A stretch of 46,189 bases of DNA. It comes from a virus. This document shows positions 1 through 8,696 of the stretch, piece by piece. The stretch lies in IMG/VR virus record IMGVR_UViG_3300025769_000214; one strand, given 5' to 3'. Below the pieces are notes generated by a model. That model was not told the origin of the DNA, did no database searches, and was given only the letters and a program-made list of their open reading frames with translations. Position 1 is the first letter of the stretch, and every line of letters begins with the position of its first letter. The translations under genes and the position numbers were made by a program.

Positions 1-127
1 CGGACAATTTCACGATCCGCAACAAGGAACAGCAAAGGTTTGGCACGAAGTTTGCAACTCTTACTATTAGACACAAAGAAACAGTCGAAGCCAAAAGTTG
101 GCTGAAGACTCTTCGCGAAGAACAGGC
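1..127. repeat. Terminal duplication, copy 1 (identical to 46063-46189); most likely a circular-assembly overlap
   Basis: Read base by base: cggacaatttcacgatccgc...cgcgaagaacaggc occurs at both window ends. Confidence 0.9.
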
Positions 128-185
128 AATTGAAAAGATCAATGACCTGATCAAAGAGCATGACTTGAAGACATTCTCACAATAA
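1..185 (+). CDS. 3' end of the YqaJ/lambda-Exo-like exonuclease gene (continuation of 45261..46189 across the junction)
   Basis: The frame from nt 3 (DNFTIRNKEQQRFGTKF...KEHDLKTFSQ*) is in phase with the open frame leaving the window end; stop TAA at 183-185. Confidence 0.7.
   Translation, partial: DNFTIRNKEQQRFGTKFATLTIRHKETVEAKSWLKTLREEQAIEKINDLIKEHDLKTFSQ
41..55 (+). promoter_or_regulatory. Sigma-54-type -24/-12 motif copy (inside the exonuclease CDS)
   Basis: TGGCACgaagtTTGC. Confidence 0.4.
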
Positions 186-193
186 AATGAGTT

Positions 194-208
194 TGGCACG
201 AAACTTGC
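194..208 (+). promoter_or_regulatory. Sigma-54-type -24/-12 promoter candidate upstream of ssb
   Basis: gtTTGGCACgaaacTTGCt; intergenic, 70 nt before ATG 278. Confidence 0.65.
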
Positions 209-210
209 TC

Positions 211-254
211 TCCTTAACAACGTACTAAGATAGTCTTAGTGCATCCTTAACAAC
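211..254 (+). promoter_or_regulatory. ssb leader element: 11-mer direct repeat flanking a hairpin/palindrome
   Basis: TCCTTAACAAC at 211-221 and 244-254; ACTAAGA-tag-TCTTAGT at 224-240. Confidence 0.6.
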
Positions 255-277
255 ACCTAAATACAGGTAAATCGATC

Positions 278-700
278 ATGGCTAGAAATGTCAACAAAGT
301 CTTCCTTCTTGGTAACGTAACCGAAACACCAGAACTGAAGCACACTCGCGGCGGCACAGCCGTAACGAACTTCTCCCTTGCGACGAACGAATCCTACAAA
401 GATTCTGAAGGCGAATGGCAGGAGAAAGCTCAGTTTCACAATATCACAGCATGGGGCAAGCAGGCTGAATTGATCACGGATCTAGTCCAGAAAGGACAGC
501 AGATGCACGTTGAAGGTTCAAACAACTATGGCTCCTATACGAAGGAAGTTGGTGGCGAAGAAGTTACCATTCCGACTACTGAAGTGAAGCTCCGCGAGTT
601 CACCTTAACTGGTGGCCGACCGAATGGAGCCGCACCTGCGGCCAACACCGGATCAGATGATGATCTTGGTGATGAAGATGAAGATGATCTTCCGTTCTAA
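278..700 (+). CDS. ssb: Single-stranded DNA-binding protein
   Basis: OB-fold SSB signature NKVFLLGNVTETPELKHT..G.AVTNFSLATNE, HNITAWGKQAE, and an acidic tail ending DDLPF. Confidence 0.9.
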   Translation: MARNVNKVFLLGNVTETPELKHTRGGTAVTNFSLATNESYKDSEGEWQEKAQFHNITAWGKQAELITDLVQKGQQMHVEGSNNYGSYTKEVGGEEVTIPTTEVKLREFTLTGGRPNGAAPAANTGSDDDLGDEDEDDLPF

Positions 701-713
701 ATGAATGACGATA

Positions 714-750
714 CCCCGTTCGGAGAAATCTGAGCGGGGCGTTCGTTTTC
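714..750 (+). terminator. Terminator-like hairpin after ssb
   Basis: Stem ccccgttcg / tgagcgggg (with G:U pairs) followed by cgttcgtttt. Confidence 0.4.
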
Positions 751-778
751 CCTTAATCCCGTATCTAAAGAAAACAAT

Positions 779-1009
779 ATGTCTGATATCAAAATGCAAA
801 TGATCGTCCACCTTCCAGAGCTAACGCTTGAACGCTTTAAGGCATGGAATATGGGAATGAATTTGCTCAAGTCTTCGCTCCCTGACGTTCGAGAAATCGG
901 ATTCAACATTTGCCGCGCAATTTCAATGCAGGACAAACTGAATCCGCTAGAACTGAAGTCGAGATTGACCGAACTTGAATCTCTTCTCACAAATGGAAAC
1001 CCAAAATAA
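779..1009 (+). CDS. Hypothetical protein
   Basis: 76-aa ORF between ssb and the annealing-protein gene; its stop TAA (1007-1009) shares its last base with the next ATG at 1009 (TAATG). Confidence 0.5.
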   Translation: MSDIKMQMIVHLPELTLERFKAWNMGMNLLKSSLPDVREIGFNICRAISMQDKLNPLELKSRLTELESLLTNGNPK

Positions 1010-1755
1010 TGAGTACAATCTCTCATAATCTGCCGGAAATCTTGGAGCGTTTATCGGCCTTGTTCCCTGCGGATCAGGTCAAATCGTTCCCGATGACCAC
1101 AACGCGCTCTGCGCCTTGGAAGGGAATGGCCGCATTCTACATCGACAACCGCGCCGTTCAGCAACGTCTGGATGATACGTGCGTCTGGAAGAATGAGTAC
1201 ATCGAAGATCCCCGTTCAGCCAAGTCGATCCTTTGCGGGATCACGATTCTGGTTGAGACCTTTCCGGGCCACTTCGAATGGATCTCACGTTGGGATGGTG
1301 CTGACAATACAGATATCGAAGCGACCAAAGGTGGTCTGTCCGGCTCTATGAGACGTGCGGCTGTCCAATGGGGAATCGGTCGATACCTGTATGACGTACC
1401 GGGTCAATGGTGTGAAATGAAAGATCCTTCTGGATCTGGTAAGCCGAAGTATTTCAAAGCGGAACCACGCATGCCTGCGAAATTCCTTCCGGGCGCATCA
1501 CGCGCAAGAAGTGTTTCTCAGTCAAGCTCCCCGGCTCCGGCTAAAGCGACCACAAAGAAGGCTCCGGCCAAGAAAGCCGCTCCTGAAAAGGTGAAGCTGA
1601 CTGCGGCCCAAACGTCAGAATTCAAATCCCTGACGGACGGACTTTCACGAACGGTAGTCAAAAACTACTACAACAAAATCATCAACGGCAAGATCTCATA
1701 TGAAGATGCGTGTGACGAAATTGCCGTGACGATTGCATCCAAACCGGATAAATAG
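1009..1755 (+). CDS. Rad52/Sak-type single-strand annealing protein with a Lys/Ala/Pro-rich basic region
   Basis: GSMRRAAVQWGIGRYLYD resembles the Rad52/Rad22 family core; the gene sits between ssb and the exonuclease module. Confidence 0.7.
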   Translation: MSTISHNLPEILERLSALFPADQVKSFPMTTTRSAPWKGMAAFYIDNRAVQQRLDDTCVWKNEYIEDPRSAKSILCGITILVETFPGHFEWISRWDGADNTDIEATKGGLSGSMRRAAVQWGIGRYLYDVPGQWCEMKDPSGSGKPKYFKAEPRMPAKFLPGASRARSVSQSSSPAPAKATTKKAPAKKAAPEKVKLTAAQTSEFKSLTDGLSRTVVKNYYNKIINGKISYEDACDEIAVTIASKPDK

Positions 1756-1756
1756 A

Positions 1757-2233
1757 ATGAATCATCGTTTACCCACAGACGTTCCCACTTCAGGAGAACG
1801 CTTCAATCTCACCCTGACCGGATCGGGTCTGGACAAGCGCAAACGTGAATTGGCTCACTTCGTCATTGACGGAGAAAAGTCTCGCGGAGTTCGTGTGTCC
1901 CTGTTCCTGACTCCACAGGTGAAGGCTGAATTCATGGAGTTGTTCGATATGGAATCGGATGATCTCTCAGCAACGGCATTGGACGCAAGGAAGTATGACT
2001 TCCGGTTCTCAGCCGAAATCGCTGTCACCAGATTGGCCAAAAACTCACACGGTATGTTTACGGAAGTAGACGAAAAGTACGACCGTACAAACGTGTATTG
2101 CAGTTATGACCTATCTGAGTTCCGCCAAGCTGACGGTGCATCGACTCTCGTTAAAGCTCTGAAGCAGAGCGAGAAGAAGTTCACCCGTAAACCTGCGGCT
2201 AAAAAGAAGGCTCCTGCGACAAAAGCGGAGTAG
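1757..2233 (+). CDS. Hypothetical protein with a basic AKK-rich C-terminal tail
   Basis: ATG at 1757 directly follows the upstream stop (the track start 1733 overlaps it); C-terminus is KKFTRKPAAKKKAPATKAE. Confidence 0.5.
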   Translation: MNHRLPTDVPTSGERFNLTLTGSGLDKRKRELAHFVIDGEKSRGVRVSLFLTPQVKAEFMELFDMESDDLSATALDARKYDFRFSAEIAVTRLAKNSHGMFTEVDEKYDRTNVYCSYDLSEFRQADGASTLVKALKQSEKKFTRKPAAKKKAPATKAE

Positions 2234-2260
2234 GACAGGCTCAAGTCAGTCGTTCTTCTT

Positions 2261-2299
2261 CCCCCGGTTGGATTCGTTTCTGGCCGGGGGGTTTTTTTT
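2261..2299 (+). terminator. Rho-independent terminator after the recombination module
   Basis: CCCCCGG-loop-CCGGGGG followed by G and T8. Confidence 0.75.
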
Positions 2300-2313
2300 G
2301 GCACGACTTTTGC
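2299..2313 (+). promoter_or_regulatory. Sigma-54-type promoter candidate (helicase operon)
   Basis: TGGCACgacttTTGC, directly abutting the terminator T-run; 43 nt before ATG 2356. Confidence 0.65.
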
Positions 2314-2355
2314 TCTATTACAGTAGTACACCGATAAACAAAATGTCCTACTATA

Positions 2356-2775
2356 ATGAGACGAAAAGAATCACCAACTAAGCCGCGCAAACGAATGTTC
2401 GATACAGTCGTAGTCGAATGCGTCCTGACAGGCTCCGCCGTATTCGGCTATGAAGTGCCGAAAGATCTGGACTATCTGGCCAAGTCAACCCCCGCGCTTG
2501 AACGCAAATTGAAAGCCGCCGGGTTCAAGGAATGCCTACCTGAGACTGTTGACGATAAAGGATATCCGCCGGGATCATTCCTAGCATTGCGGCGTAAGTT
2601 CGTAAACATCATTCTGTCCAGAACGGATTACTTCTATGAGACGTGGATTGCCGCTCACGACTTCTGCCTGAAGCACCCTGAACTGGCCAAGACGAAAGAC
2701 ATGCGGATTATGGTATTCAACCATTTCCGGGGAACAGAGACAAGTGAGATAATCGAAGCATTCCAGAAGAAGTAA
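2356..2775 (+). CDS. Hypothetical protein
   Basis: 139-aa ORF 43 nt downstream of the motif copy at 2299; its stop shares one base with the helicase start codon (TAATG). Confidence 0.55.
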   Translation: MRRKESPTKPRKRMFDTVVVECVLTGSAVFGYEVPKDLDYLAKSTPALERKLKAAGFKECLPETVDDKGYPPGSFLALRRKFVNIILSRTDYFYETWIAAHDFCLKHPELAKTKDMRIMVFNHFRGTETSEIIEAFQKK

Positions 2776-4571
2776 TGATCTTACGACCGTATCAAGACGA
2801 AACACATGACGCTCTCCTGTATCATTATGAGAAAGGAGAAAATCGACTCATGGCGCATCTGGCCACCGGGCTAGGTAAAACGTCCGGGGTTGCCGCATTC
2901 CTTCCAGAGAAGTTTCCCGATCTGGCAGACAAGGGAGTTGTATTCCTGTCTCACCGCCGGGAGATTCTATTCCAAGCCTACCAGACTTTCAAGCGTAGGT
3001 GGGGAACTGAGAAATGGATCGGAATCGAAATGGGCGAGTACCATTGCACCGGGGAAGAAGATTTCATCTTCTGCTCAGTCGATTCAATCGGACGGTACAT
3101 GGGGAACAGGATCGGCAAGCTCCAACATCGATATCCGGGAATTATCATCGTGGATGAAGGACACCACGTTTCGCTTGATGGGACTTGGGACAACATTCTG
3201 AACTTCTTCGGTGTAGGCTCAGACGAATCTCAGCACCATACATTTGCAGACGGTTCCAAGCCGCTCTCAGTTTTCCTTACGGCTACGCCAATCAGGGCAG
3301 ATGGGCAGGCTCTTCTACCGTTCTGTGATAAAATTGCCGTGTCGTTCGATATCAATTATGCGATCCGGGAAGGATGGTTGACCGATATCAAGGCGTACCA
3401 TGCTGAACTGACCAACGGAGACTACAAAGAATTCGATCCAGAAGAGCAGGTAGACTTCCTGATCAAGACGTGGATGAAATGGGGCAAAGGCTCCCGGACT
3501 CTGGCGTTCGCAAAGAACGTAGCTCAGTCTCAAATGTTGGCGGCTACGCTCGAAGCATCCTACGGGATCCGGGCCGGACACGTTGACGCAAAGACCGATG
3601 ACGAAACCCGGCAGAGCAATCTCAAACGCTTTGGAATGGACTATCAATCACCTGACTCTCTTGAGTTTCTTTCGAATCGATTGGTTCTGACTGAAGGGTA
3701 CGACAACCCGATGATCCAGACTGTACTGGACAACGCGCCAACAGACTCCCAAAGTCTCTACATCCAGAAGATCGGACGTGGACTGCGGACTGACCCTGCG
3801 TTGGATCTGGGGGCATACAGGACAGCTTCAGATCGAAAGGAAGCGATCCGTACATCCAGAAAACCTTTCCTGACATACATCACGGCCTTTCCGTTGAAGC
3901 ATGGTTTGGACATGCCTGCAACTCTATTCGGTCTGCCTAAGAATGTGGACAGCAACGGCAAGCTACTGTCTGAAGTTGTGGACGTTATCCAGTACGAAGA
4001 AGAAGAAATGCCGGAAGCTCCAACAAGGGATCTGGCCGGAATGAGCAGTCTGGACATAACGTTAAAACGTCAAGATCTGTGGACACAGACTGTCTACAAC
4101 GAAGAACTGAAGGCTCTGACTCCTTTGCGTTGGATCATGGGAGAATCTTTCGCCGCCCTGCGGCTCCCTATGAATCCTTGGGCCAAAGGGATTACGGAAC
4201 GGACTCCTATCATCATCCACTTCAATTTCAATGGACACGATTGGGAACTGCACCGGGTTCTGGAAGGTGGTTGGATTCAGGAGATCAAGCGACCTGCGAG
4301 ATCGAAGCACATGGATATGAATTATGTCGAATCTGACATACAGAAGGGGATCACGAAAGTTGACCGTTGGCTCCAAGAACATCAACCTGACCTGTTCGCA
4401 ATGATGCAACGGGATCACAATGGCCCCGCATCCAGTAAGATGAAAGAATACCTGAAGCGCAAAAAGGTGAAGTGCAACTTCGACGCGCTGACGATGGAAA
4501 CAGCCATGATATTGAAAGACAATGCATTGGCCATGCCCAAGCTCGAATCGTTCGGATTGAACACCGACTGA
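2775..4571 (+). CDS. Superfamily-2 DNA helicase (DEAD/DEAH-like)
   Basis: Motif I ATGLGKT, motif II VDEGHH, motif III LTATP, motif VI QKIGRGLR. Confidence 0.85.
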   Translation: MILRPYQDETHDALLYHYEKGENRLMAHLATGLGKTSGVAAFLPEKFPDLADKGVVFLSHRREILFQAYQTFKRRWGTEKWIGIEMGEYHCTGEEDFIFCSVDSIGRYMGNRIGKLQHRYPGIIIVDEGHHVSLDGTWDNILNFFGVGSDESQHHTFADGSKPLSVFLTATPIRADGQALLPFCDKIAVSFDINYAIREGWLTDIKAYHAELTNGDYKEFDPEEQVDFLIKTWMKWGKGSRTLAFAKNVAQSQMLAATLEASYGIRAGHVDAKTDDETRQSNLKRFGMDYQSPDSLEFLSNRLVLTEGYDNPMIQTVLDNAPTDSQSLYIQKIGRGLRTDPALDLGAYRTASDRKEAIRTSRKPFLTYITAFPLKHGLDMPATLFGLPKNVDSNGKLLSEVVDVIQYEEEEMPEAPTRDLAGMSSLDITLKRQDLWTQTVYNEELKALTPLRWIMGESFAALRLPMNPWAKGITERTPIIIHFNFNGHDWELHRVLEGGWIQEIKRPARSKHMDMNYVESDIQKGITKVDRWLQEHQPDLFAMMQRDHNGPASSKMKEYLKRKKVKCNFDALTMETAMILKDNALAMPKLESFGLNTD

Positions 4572-4574
4572 GTT

Positions 4575-4589
4575 TGGCACGATACTTGC
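4575..4589 (+). promoter_or_regulatory. Sigma-54-type promoter candidate (HNH gene)
   Basis: TGGCACgatacTTGC, 4 nt after the helicase stop; 45 nt before ATG 4634. Confidence 0.65.
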
Positions 4590-4633
4590 GCTATTAAAAG
4601 AAACGGCCCTAAACTTTAATAAGACCAATCGTT

Positions 4634-5065
4634 ATGAAAACTTGCATCACATGTAACATTCTGAAATCCCCCACGCTTTTCAATAAGCGGAAGAATGAAT
4701 GCAAAGTCTGCCAGAAACGCAGATTCAAAGAATGGGCTTCCAAGCCTGAGAACATTCTTCGCCAGTTGGTGAACAATGCCCGTTACCGTAGTGCCAAATT
4801 GGGACTCGAATTCGGTATCACTTACAAGGATCTGCACTTGCCGATGAATTGCCCGGTGTTGGGTATTCCGATTTTCGTTGGCGATGAAGTGTCAAGCGAA
4901 AACTCTCCAAGCATTGATCGCCTGAATCCAGAGAAGGGCTACATCCCCGGAAACTGTCTGGTGATCTCACATTTGGCCAACCGCATCAAAACGAATGCAT
5001 CAACCGACCAGATCCGTAAGGTCGCAGATTGGCTAGATGCAGTAACCGCAGAGCGTGAGCTATGA
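4634..5065 (+). CDS. HNH endonuclease
   Basis: Cys pairs CITC / CKVC and SIDRLNPEKGYIPGNCLVISHLANRIK (HNH-type core). Confidence 0.75.
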   Translation: MKTCITCNILKSPTLFNKRKNECKVCQKRRFKEWASKPENILRQLVNNARYRSAKLGLEFGITYKDLHLPMNCPVLGIPIFVGDEVSSENSPSIDRLNPEKGYIPGNCLVISHLANRIKTNASTDQIRKVADWLDAVTAEREL

Positions 5066-5090
5066 GCAGGAAGACTCACCCAATCGTGTT

Positions 5091-5105
5091 TGGCACGATC
5101 TTTGT
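5091..5105 (+). promoter_or_regulatory. Sigma-54-type promoter candidate, -12 variant TTGT
   Basis: TGGCACgatctTTGT; 67 nt before ATG 5172. Confidence 0.55.
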
Positions 5106-5171
5106 ACTACAAATGTGTATGTGGGCAACCATAATCTACGTATTGACAATCTTAACAGCAGGGTAATTGAA

Positions 5172-5717
5172 ATGGCAGTCTCGAAGTCAACTCACATGAA
5201 GGAAGCGTTCAAGGGAACGTGGGCCGAATCAGCGAAAAAAGAAGCGTTCGTGAAGGAGTGCATTGAACGTTTGACAGGCCACGTTGTCATTGACGAAGGT
5301 TTCGGTGCAGGATCGACCGACTACATCGAAGGTGCTTCAGGTGATCATGGCTACGAGAAGGCGGCTCCTGATCTTCAGATACAGGGAACAAATATCTGTG
5401 TTGAAGTGACGGGGCCGCTCCGCCCAATTCGTCGGGGATCAGATCTCCTGATCAACGTTGGGAAAGTGAAGTACGCTTTCAATCATCCAGAGCGTGAGTA
5501 TTGGGTAGCTTGGTCGAATGGTGTTACCCAAAACCGCCAAGGCGTTCTGATGATTCGAGTTGGAGAACAATTCGCCAGAGCGCAAAGACGCGGCATCATT
5601 GTCCGGGAACAATTCAAATCCCGGAACGTTATGCAGTTCTTCCACGCTGTCCCGGCCGATCACCATTGCGTGATCTCGTTCGACAAATTCCTACACTATC
5701 TGAAGAAAAAGAAATGA
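5172..5717 (+). CDS. Hypothetical protein (possible nuclease-like fold)
   Basis: ATG at 5172 lies downstream of the motif copy at 5091, so the track start 5055 would put that motif inside the gene; APDLQI...VEVTG weakly resembles PD-(D/E)XK. Confidence 0.5.
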   Translation: MAVSKSTHMKEAFKGTWAESAKKEAFVKECIERLTGHVVIDEGFGAGSTDYIEGASGDHGYEKAAPDLQIQGTNICVEVTGPLRPIRRGSDLLINVGKVKYAFNHPEREYWVAWSNGVTQNRQGVLMIRVGEQFARAQRRGIIVREQFKSRNVMQFFHAVPADHHCVISFDKFLHYLKKKK

Positions 5718-6046
5718 CACCCGAACAATTTGATAAGCTACCGCTCTATGCCCAACGGGTAATAGAACAGCAGGGCGAAGAAGTTGCCACTCTGAGAAGG
5801 ATCCAAGGATCCGTTGATCAGGATTCCGCTCATGGAGTTGTGCGGACGTATGATGACATGGGAAAGCAGGGGATCTTCAGCCTGAAGCAAGGTGATTACG
5901 TGCGGTTTCCAAAGCCGTACCCATTCGACCTACGATGGATCGACATTCACCTGACAGAAGATGGAGATCTGGTTGTTCGTGGTTCTAACAGAATTTCGAT
6001 CTCTCCATTCGCCGCAAACACCGTTCACTTAATCTTAGAAGACTAA
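5714..6046 (+). CDS. Hypothetical protein
   Basis: ATGA start/stop overlap with the upstream gene (MTPEQFDKL...). Confidence 0.55.
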   Translation: MTPEQFDKLPLYAQRVIEQQGEEVATLRRIQGSVDQDSAHGVVRTYDDMGKQGIFSLKQGDYVRFPKPYPFDLRWIDIHLTEDGDLVVRGSNRISISPFAANTVHLILED

Positions 6047-6315
6047 TGGCCGCTACAATAGATCCTAAACTAAAGACTCTCATGCTGACCCTTCCCGGAC
6101 ATTATGTTATCGGAATTACAGGCGGCAAGGTCATCAATGCGGAAGTTGAATACGTTGATGAAGGCTTAACGATTCCACAGTACCTTGTACTAGATCCAGA
6201 TCGGGTAACGTCCATTGTACTGTACGATACGCCTGACGGCCCCGAAAGTAGATTCAGGAAGATTTGTCCGGCATGGCTTCCACACTTTCCGAACACAGCC
6301 CGGACGTTAGCATGA
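6046..6315 (+). CDS. Hypothetical protein
   Basis: 89-aa ORF with start and stop coupled to its neighbours. Confidence 0.5.
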   Translation: MAATIDPKLKTLMLTLPGHYVIGITGGKVINAEVEYVDEGLTIPQYLVLDPDRVTSIVLYDTPDGPESRFRKICPAWLPHFPNTARTLA

Positions 6316-6902
6316 GCATTACAAAAGCCAAACGAGACAAGATCCTGAACCAGATCGTAACCGAATGCAAGGCGGAATTCTACCGCGCAGAAATCGAAGC
6401 GATCCTGAAGAAGAATCTCGCACCGGGCAAGACCGCGAGTAGCGCAAAGGCCAAAGGCAGACGCGCACAGCAATGGCTACGCGACAGGCTCCGAACAATC
6501 CTGAAATCCGTATGGTACGCTGAGTTGCGCGATCCAGATCACGTACATTCTATCGGAATGGGCCAATCTGGTGCAGATATCGTACTTTCCCCAACTGCCA
6601 AAGGGGTGTTCCCTTTCGCTTGCGAAGTCAAGAACACAGAGAAGATAGGGTTCTGGCCCACAGTCAGGCAGGCCGAAGCTAACAGGGGCAATCAACTCCC
6701 CCTGATCATGTTCGCCAAGAATCGCACTAAGCCTTGGATAGCCGTTGAAGCCGAAGTATTTCTTGCCATGTATGGGAACTTGGCACAGTATTTGCAATCA
6801 TATGGTCATATGCACCACGATAATCGCCTGCCAGATATGCTTACAGAATTGCAGGATATGATAAAAGAGATAAATGAACAGATTCAAAAAGAAAAGGGCT
6901 AA
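6312..6902 (+). CDS. PD-(D/E)XK nuclease, Holliday-junction-resolvase-like
   Basis: GADIVLSP...FACEVKN fits a D...E-x-K catalytic pattern; ATGA overlap with the upstream stop. Confidence 0.5.
   Translation: MSITKAKRDKILNQIVTECKAEFYRAEIEAILKKNLAPGKTASSAKAKGRRAQQWLRDRLRTILKSVWYAELRDPDHVHSIGMGQSGADIVLSPTAKGVFPFACEVKNTEKIGFWPTVRQAEANRGNQLPLIMFAKNRTKPWIAVEAEVFLAMYGNLAQYLQSYGHMHHDNRLPDMLTELQDMIKEINEQIQKEKG
6781..6795 (+). promoter_or_regulatory. Sigma-54-type promoter candidate (primase), inside the upstream CDS
   Basis: TGGCACagtatTTGC; 79 nt before ATG 6874. Confidence 0.5.
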
Positions 6903-8331
6903 TCCCTACCAATTTTCACTCGTACCAGAAACATTATGGAACCCAAACAAACCACTTCCGGCCCTAGTTTTTTCCCGCATTTTGTCGGGCGTGTCGTATC
7001 AAGACTCGTCATACTTGACGAATTCAGGAAGGACGTTACAGATTCCGTCCGGCACTTCATGGGTGTCAATCGAAACAATCCGCGAAGATATTTCGTCGGC
7101 TCTGGGTTTGATCTTCACCCGGCGCAAAATCCAATATGCGATCCAGAAGTTAAAGGAGAGATCGATGTTAGCTTCTACTTTAATGGAACCAGATACCAAG
7201 GGTCGGTACGGGCTGTTGATGAAGCCGACGATTCCTGCTTCAACAGTAACAACGATTGACCCGGTGAAGGAATTCAAAATACATGCTTACGGCAAAACGT
7301 CAGCTTTCGTTCATGGTGGGATTGCTCATTCTGGAAACGGAGTTGAATGGATCCAACGCCAAGCCGGAGACGTTATGCGTCTCATGGATAGCGTAGCCAA
7401 GAACGGAAACCCGGATGCTTTATTCCGCACAGTTGGAATGTGGCGTGACCGGAAAAGTGTCCGCAAAGTGAACGAACCAGTATACCTTCCTTGGATCGTT
7501 CTGGATATCGACGTACCCGGAGACATGTACCACGCTCACGACACGACCAAAACGATTCTGAGCGACCTGACGGATGCCGGGGTGGACATGGACAGAACCT
7601 TCGTGTCCTTCTCCGGATCCAAGGGGTTTCACATTGCGATTGCCACGTCTCAGATTGGGTCTCCGATCTTCCGGGATTCAGACAATGCGCGTGGATGCAT
7701 GATCAAGTTTGTGAAGTTCCTGACCGATCACAAGTTCGATCCGTCTACCCTGTCACCATTGCAGATGCTCAGACTTACTGGAAGTCAGCACCAGAAAACG
7801 CAGATGTTCAAAACGACTTGGGTGGCCACACGTTTCAACGGCCTGAAGCTCCATTCAATTATTGAGCAGGCCAAATCATTCAAGCCATTCGTCTACCCGG
7901 ATCCTACCGTTGGCGGAGTAGAAGAAGAAATGCATGAAGCATTCGAAGCGAAAGCTGAAGCTCAAGCCAAGGAAGCGTGGGAAGCGTTGCAGGCAGAAGC
8001 GAATCAACCCGCAGGCCCGAAATGGCATAGTCCACGCGGCCCGTTGAAGCAGATCATTGAGAACGGCGTAGCTCGCGGTGAAGATTGGGGAAACAAGTCA
8101 GGGCGTGATTGGGCGGCTTTTACCCTGTCCTGTTATTGCTTGGCGCATCCGGAACAACACAATGCCATGAGAAAAATGCTTGGCATGCTCCCGGAGAATG
8201 AAGCCACGTTTGAAACCGTACATGGAACAATGGACGAATGGAACGAAAGATGTTCTCCGCCGTTGACAGGTAAGGAGATTTCACAGAAAGTCGGATCTGC
8301 CGACCGATACCTACAAAGGAGACAAAAATGA
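6874..8331 (+). CDS. Archaeo-eukaryotic-type primase-polymerase (AEP) with a C-terminal PriCT-like region
   Basis: WIVLDIDVPGD (DxD motif), SGSKGFHIAI (sGxGxH motif), C-terminal GRDWAAFTLSCYCLAH. Confidence 0.7.
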   Translation: MNRFKKKRANPYQFSLVPETLWNPNKPLPALVFSRILSGVSYQDSSYLTNSGRTLQIPSGTSWVSIETIREDISSALGLIFTRRKIQYAIQKLKERSMLASTLMEPDTKGRYGLLMKPTIPASTVTTIDPVKEFKIHAYGKTSAFVHGGIAHSGNGVEWIQRQAGDVMRLMDSVAKNGNPDALFRTVGMWRDRKSVRKVNEPVYLPWIVLDIDVPGDMYHAHDTTKTILSDLTDAGVDMDRTFVSFSGSKGFHIAIATSQIGSPIFRDSDNARGCMIKFVKFLTDHKFDPSTLSPLQMLRLTGSQHQKTQMFKTTWVATRFNGLKLHSIIEQAKSFKPFVYPDPTVGGVEEEMHEAFEAKAEAQAKEAWEALQAEANQPAGPKWHSPRGPLKQIIENGVARGEDWGNKSGRDWAAFTLSCYCLAHPEQHNAMRKMLGMLPENEATFETVHGTMDEWNERCSPPLTGKEISQKVGSADRYLQRRQK

Positions 8332-8696
8332 CCGTAGAACAAGCGATCCGAAACGGAGTTGAATACTTCAACGAATCCCAAACTGATTCAAGCAGGCATC
8401 CCCTGTCCAGAATCGAAGGAAACATGTTGGTGCAATGCGTACTGACCGCCGTACAGAAGCAGGTCGATGAACTACGCACAAAACTGGAACTTGCCGCGTC
8501 TCAGAGCGATCTGAAGACACAGAGAGAACTGGATTGGGCTACGGACATGATTGTTGCGTTCATCCGAATGGAGAACCAAATGTCCTTGGACGTTCGCGCT
8601 GACGAGATACAGAAATTCGCCGCCGGATTCAACTTACGGGTTGAACACGAAGACGGAATTATTAAACTGGAACTACAAAAATCGGGATCTAGCTGA
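8328..8696 (+). CDS. Hypothetical protein
   Basis: 122-aa ORF; ATGA overlap with the primase stop. Confidence 0.55.
   Translation: MTVEQAIRNGVEYFNESQTDSSRHPLSRIEGNMLVQCVLTAVQKQVDELRTKLELAASQSDLKTQRELDWATDMIVAFIRMENQMSLDVRADEIQKFAAGFNLRVEHEDGIIKLELQKSGSS

Noticed and set aside
1-127. The terminal duplication read as a physical direct terminal repeat of the virion DNA
   Set aside because: It bisects an intact exonuclease reading frame, and its length is, as far as I recall, a typical assembler k-mer. A circular-assembly overlap is the simpler explanation; this cannot be proven from sequence alone.
4062-4628. 188-aa - strand ORF inside the helicase gene, together with similar antisense ORFs inside the RNR, polB, tape measure, tail fibre and terL genes
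   Set aside because: These are shadow ORFs antisense to genes with clear catalytic motifs.
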